56,380 bases of DNA from Acidobacteriota bacterium. Lineage in GTDB: Bacteria; Bacteroidota; Ignavibacteria; Ignavibacteriales; SURF-24. The DNA is taken from positions 1 to 56,380 of the forward strand of contig JBLMYS010000361.1 of the NCBI GenBank assembly GCA_050258415.1. Direction: 5' to 3'. Below the pieces are notes generated by a model. The model made no database searches. It had not been told where the DNA came from and worked only from the letters and a program-made list of their open reading frames with translations. Of the stretch, positions 53,404 through 56,380 are shown piece after piece. Both the position numbers and the translations under genes were made by a program. The stretch's first letter is position 1, and each line of letters opens with the position of its first letter.

Positions 53404-55401
53404 TTAGTTCATTATGGATTGATTGTTAAGGTGAGTAGGCAGCTTAATGGTAAATGTGGTCCCCTCACCCGGTTTACTTTGAACACCAATATCCCCTCTG
53501 TGCATTTTTATAATGCCATAGACTATTGCCAGGCCCAGGCCTGTGCCTTTGCCCATTTTCTTTGTCGTAAAGAATGGAGTAAATAGCTTACCTATATTTT
53601 CTTTCGGTATGCCGCAGCCGGTATCCATAAACTCCACGACTAGATTGTCGTTCTGCTTCATTACTCTTAAGGATATATTCTTATCCTTCTTGTCCTCAAA
53701 AGATTCAAATGCGTTGTTCAGGACGTTCAGGAACACTTCCTTAATCTGGTCGGCATCAGCCTCAATAACCGGCTCATCAGCCGTATTTTCCATTACTATC
53801 TTAACATCCTTATAAACCGGATTTATTGAGAATGCTTTCATTATTTTGGATAAAAGCTCCCAGACGTTAATTTTTGTAAGCCTCAGTTTCCCCTGACGTG
53901 CAAAGTTCAGAAGATTGGCTACAATGTTCTTACAGCGGTTAGTCTCATCAATTATCATGTTGAGATCCTCCGTGTACTGATTGCAGCCTGAAACTCTGGA
54001 CCATTCATTCCTGAGCATTGAAGAATATAGCAAAATTGTGCCCAAAGGATTATTTATTTCGTGTGCCACGCCTGCTGCAAGCTGCCCGATGGAGGCCAGC
54101 TTTTCAGCCGAATGAAGCTGTTCCTGCGTATTTTTCAGCTCGTCATAGGCTTTTTCGAGCTTGTCAATTAAGTACGGCAGGCACATTTCATCCTCAGCCA
54201 AACCCTTTGCAATTGCAACAGCATACTCCCTGCACGAAACATATCCGCAAGCCGTGCAGTTGAGTTCATCCTGCTTTTCAAATTTGTTTGAGCGGGCAAG
54301 AATTTCTTTTATCTTCTCTTCCGAAGGCATCGGCTTTCTCTGGTTTTTATAAGAAAAATTCCGCCTGAAATTGATGTTCCTGCTGTTGAAAAGGTTGCTT
54401 TTCCACAAATGCTTATCAACATTGTTGATTTTTTCTTCGCAATATCTGATGACCTTTTCCCTTCTTGAATAATAATTCAGGTCACTGTCTATAGCCGGGC
54501 CGCTTATGCAACCCTCGCAGAAGAGAATGTCAACAAATTTCGAATTAATGTTGCCCTGGGCTATTTCGTTAAGAATCTCCAGCACCTTGTCCTTGCCTTC
54601 AACTACGATAGTCTCTTTTGCAAGAATGTCGTTCGAAATAGAAGCCGTTTTCAAAAGTCCGCCGGCAAGCGGGAAAACCTTTCCCATATGGGAATGCGGC
54701 GGGTCAAAATCTTCATCCGGAAGCTCTGAAAGCTCGACTTTCTTATTCCTGAAGATTTCTTTCAGCTCGGTAAAGGTAAGGACGGCATCAATGGCGCCAG
54801 AGACCTCGTCGTCTGTGTACTCACTTTTTTTGGCAACACAGGGCCCGATAAAAACAACTTTTATCTCCTCTCCCAGATTCGCCTTAAGATATCTTCCCAT
54901 TGCGATCATTGGAGAGACAATTGTAGCCAGGTTGGGCACCAGTTCTTCAAGATATTTTTCAATATAGTTATAAACAGCCGGACACGACGAGCTGATAATC
55001 GTCTTTCCGTTAAAGGATTCCATCTCCCGGGAATATAGCTGCCCTATCAGGTCAGCACCAAAAGCGGTTTCTGCAACAGTCTTAAAACCTAAAAGACGAA
55101 GTGCAGCAGGCAGTTTAGTATAGCTTTCGGGAAAAGAGGCGGCAAAGGATGGTGCGACAATTGCAACTGCTTTACCCGAGGTAAGTATATCCTCAAGTAT
55201 AACCTCTATATCGCTTTTTATCTGTTTTGCCTGCTGTGAGCAGACTTTCAGACAATGCCCGCAGCTTATGCACCTGTCCCCGATTACGACAGCCTGACCA
55301 TTAACGACTCTGATGGCAATAGCAGGGCACTCTCTGATACAAGAGTAACATCTTTTGCATTTCTGCCCTATTGTACTTACAATACTTTTGCCCATTGCCA
55401 T
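53404..55401 (-). CDS. Putative sensory (group C) [FeFe]-hydrogenase fused to a histidine kinase
   Basis: 2x[4Fe-4S], then an H-domain (SSSCPAV, GPCVAKKSE, DILFCEGCISGP), an FeS domain (CTACGYVSC...C), HEINNPL, DTGCG and GTGLGL. Confidence 0.88.
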   Translation of the reverse strand: MAMGKSIVSTIGQKCKRCYSCIRECPAIAIRVVNGQAVVIGDRCISCGHCLKVCSQQAKQIKSDIEVILEDILTSGKAVAIVAPSFAASFPESYTKLPAALRLLGFKTVAETAFGADLIGQLYSREMESFNGKTIISSSCPAVYNYIEKYLEELVPNLATIVSPMIAMGRYLKANLGEEIKVVFIGPCVAKKSEYTDDEVSGAIDAVLTFTELKEIFRNKKVELSELPDEDFDPPHSHMGKVFPLAGGLLKTASISNDILAKETIVVEGKDKVLEILNEIAQGNINSKFVDILFCEGCISGPAIDSDLNYYSRREKVIRYCEEKINNVDKHLWKSNLFNSRNINFRRNFSYKNQRKPMPSEEKIKEILARSNKFEKQDELNCTACGYVSCREYAVAIAKGLAEDEMCLPYLIDKLEKAYDELKNTQEQLHSAEKLASIGQLAAGVAHEINNPLGTILLYSSMLRNEWSRVSGCNQYTEDLNMIIDETNRCKNIVANLLNFARQGKLRLTKINVWELLSKIMKAFSINPVYKDVKIVMENTADEPVIEADADQIKEVFLNVLNNAFESFEDKKDKNISLRVMKQNDNLVVEFMDTGCGIPKENIGKLFTPFFTTKKMGKGTGLGLAIVYGIIKMHRGDIGVQSKPGEGTTFTIKLPTHLNNQSIMN

Positions 55402-55461
55402 CAGATTCCACCTGGTTATGCAACAATATAACGCTAAACTAAAAACTACCTGCTGAACTTA

Positions 55462-56380
55462 CTAACCGACACTGTTCTTTAGGAGCTCTTTTCTGTCGGT
55501 ATATGTAGTATGCAGTATCTCGTGCGATTTATGGCTGTTCGGCTCTTTGAAAAATTCCTTGTAGATGGTTTTAACCGCTTCGTTTTCGTGACTCTTGCGG
55601 CAGACCATCTCTGAATCTATTTCATAAAGAGCTTTAATTCTCTTTTGTACCTTTTCAGGCTTATTGTGTATCGGCTGGCCGCCACCATTGATGCATCCGC
55701 CGGGGCAGGCCATAACTTCAATGAAATCGTATTTTGAAGTACCATTTTGAATCTCATCCAGAACAGGGCCAACGTTTCCGATTCCATTGACTACAGCAAT
55801 ATTTAATTCCAGGCCGTCTATCTTTACAGAAGTTTCTTTAATGCCGCTAAGCCCGCGGATATCCTCAAACTCCAGCTTTTCAAGCTCGCTTCCTGTAAGA
55901 ATGTGGTATGCTGTTCTTAAGGCAGCTTCCATTACACCGCCGGAAGTGCCGAAAATGACTGCCGCGCCGGTGGATTCCCCGAGCGGGTTGTCGAACTTGT
56001 CTTCCGGAAGATCACTGAAATCGATTCCTGCCATCTTGAAATACCTGACCAGTTCACGGGTCGTCAGAACCGCATCAACATCCTGCATCATGGTTTCTGA
56101 AAGCTCAGGACGGTCTGATTCAAATTTCTTAACCGTGCAGGGCATAATTGAAACGACAAATATATCCTTCGGGTCAAGCCCCATCTTCTTTGCATAATAG
56201 GTCTTGGTTATTGCGCCAAGCATTTCATGAGGCGACTTGCAGCTTGAGATGTGCTCGAGCATTTCAGGCCTGTTCTGCTCAATATATTTGATCCATCCAG
56301 GGCAGCAGCTTGTAAACATCGGGAGCTTCTTTTTATTCTTTATCCTGTCGACCAGCTCCGTCCCCTCTTCCATAATTGTA
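55462..56380 (-). CDS. hydA: Group A [FeFe]-hydrogenase catalytic subunit, C-terminal part (5' end outside the window)
   Basis: TSCCPGW, MPCTVKKFE and EVMACPGGCINGGG. The frame is open to the window edge (TIMEEG). Confidence 0.92.
   Translation of the reverse strand, partial: TIMEEGTELVDRIKNKKKLPMFTSCCPGWIKYIEQNRPEMLEHISSCKSPHEMLGAITKTYYAKKMGLDPKDIFVVSIMPCTVKKFESDRPELSETMMQDVDAVLTTRELVRYFKMAGIDFSDLPEDKFDNPLGESTGAAVIFGTSGGVMEAALRTAYHILTGSELEKLEFEDIRGLSGIKETSVKIDGLELNIAVVNGIGNVGPVLDEIQNGTSKYDFIEVMACPGGCINGGGQPIHNKPEKVQKRIKALYEIDSEMVCRKSHENEAVKTIYKEFFKEPNSHKSHEILHTTYTDRKELLKNSVG

Noticed and set aside
516-56197. Numerous 60-160-aa antisense or alternate-frame ORFs in the track
   Set aside because: They lie within well-supported genes and lack RBS or motif support; treated as shadow ORFs.
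1-56380. Prophage, IS element, integrase, tRNA or rRNA
   Set aside because: No such genes, terminal repeats or RNA gene patterns were recognised.

Overview
Chromosomal window with no tRNA, rRNA, transposase or CRISPR array that I can see. A T9SS C-terminal domain, an ECF/FecR/TonB locus and two FeFe hydrogenases suggest an Ignavibacteria-like (Bacteroidota-Chlorobiota group) facultative anaerobe; this is inference. From left to right: (1) the 3' end of a cas6 gene. (2) An SOS cassette lexA-DUF72-dinB-dnaE' in which the DnaE stops shortly after its third catalytic Asp, and a 14-bp perfect inverted repeat overlaps the lexA promoter. (3) A PAS hybrid sensor with a degenerate ATPase domain, an FN3 lipoprotein and a GT2/deacetylase-like exopolysaccharide operon. 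(4) A sulfur-oxyanion respiration island: Moco genes, psrABC-like genes, a YeeE pair, a rhodanese with a C-terminal Cys tail, a MerR regulator with a Cys-rich domain, and a Rieske protein plus a cytochrome b fused to a ~12-heme cytochrome c. (5) A cell-surface-signalling uptake locus: ECF sigma, FecR, TonB transducer, two DUF4876-like lipoproteins, a DUF6850-like barrel, a T9SS propeller protein, M28 and M16 peptidases and an Fe-S membrane protein. (6) A trimeric, probably non-bifurcating FeFe hydrogenase, preceded by a putative H2-sensing phosphorelay and a second, window-truncated FeFe hydrogenase. All family calls come from motif recognition by eye; no searches were run.
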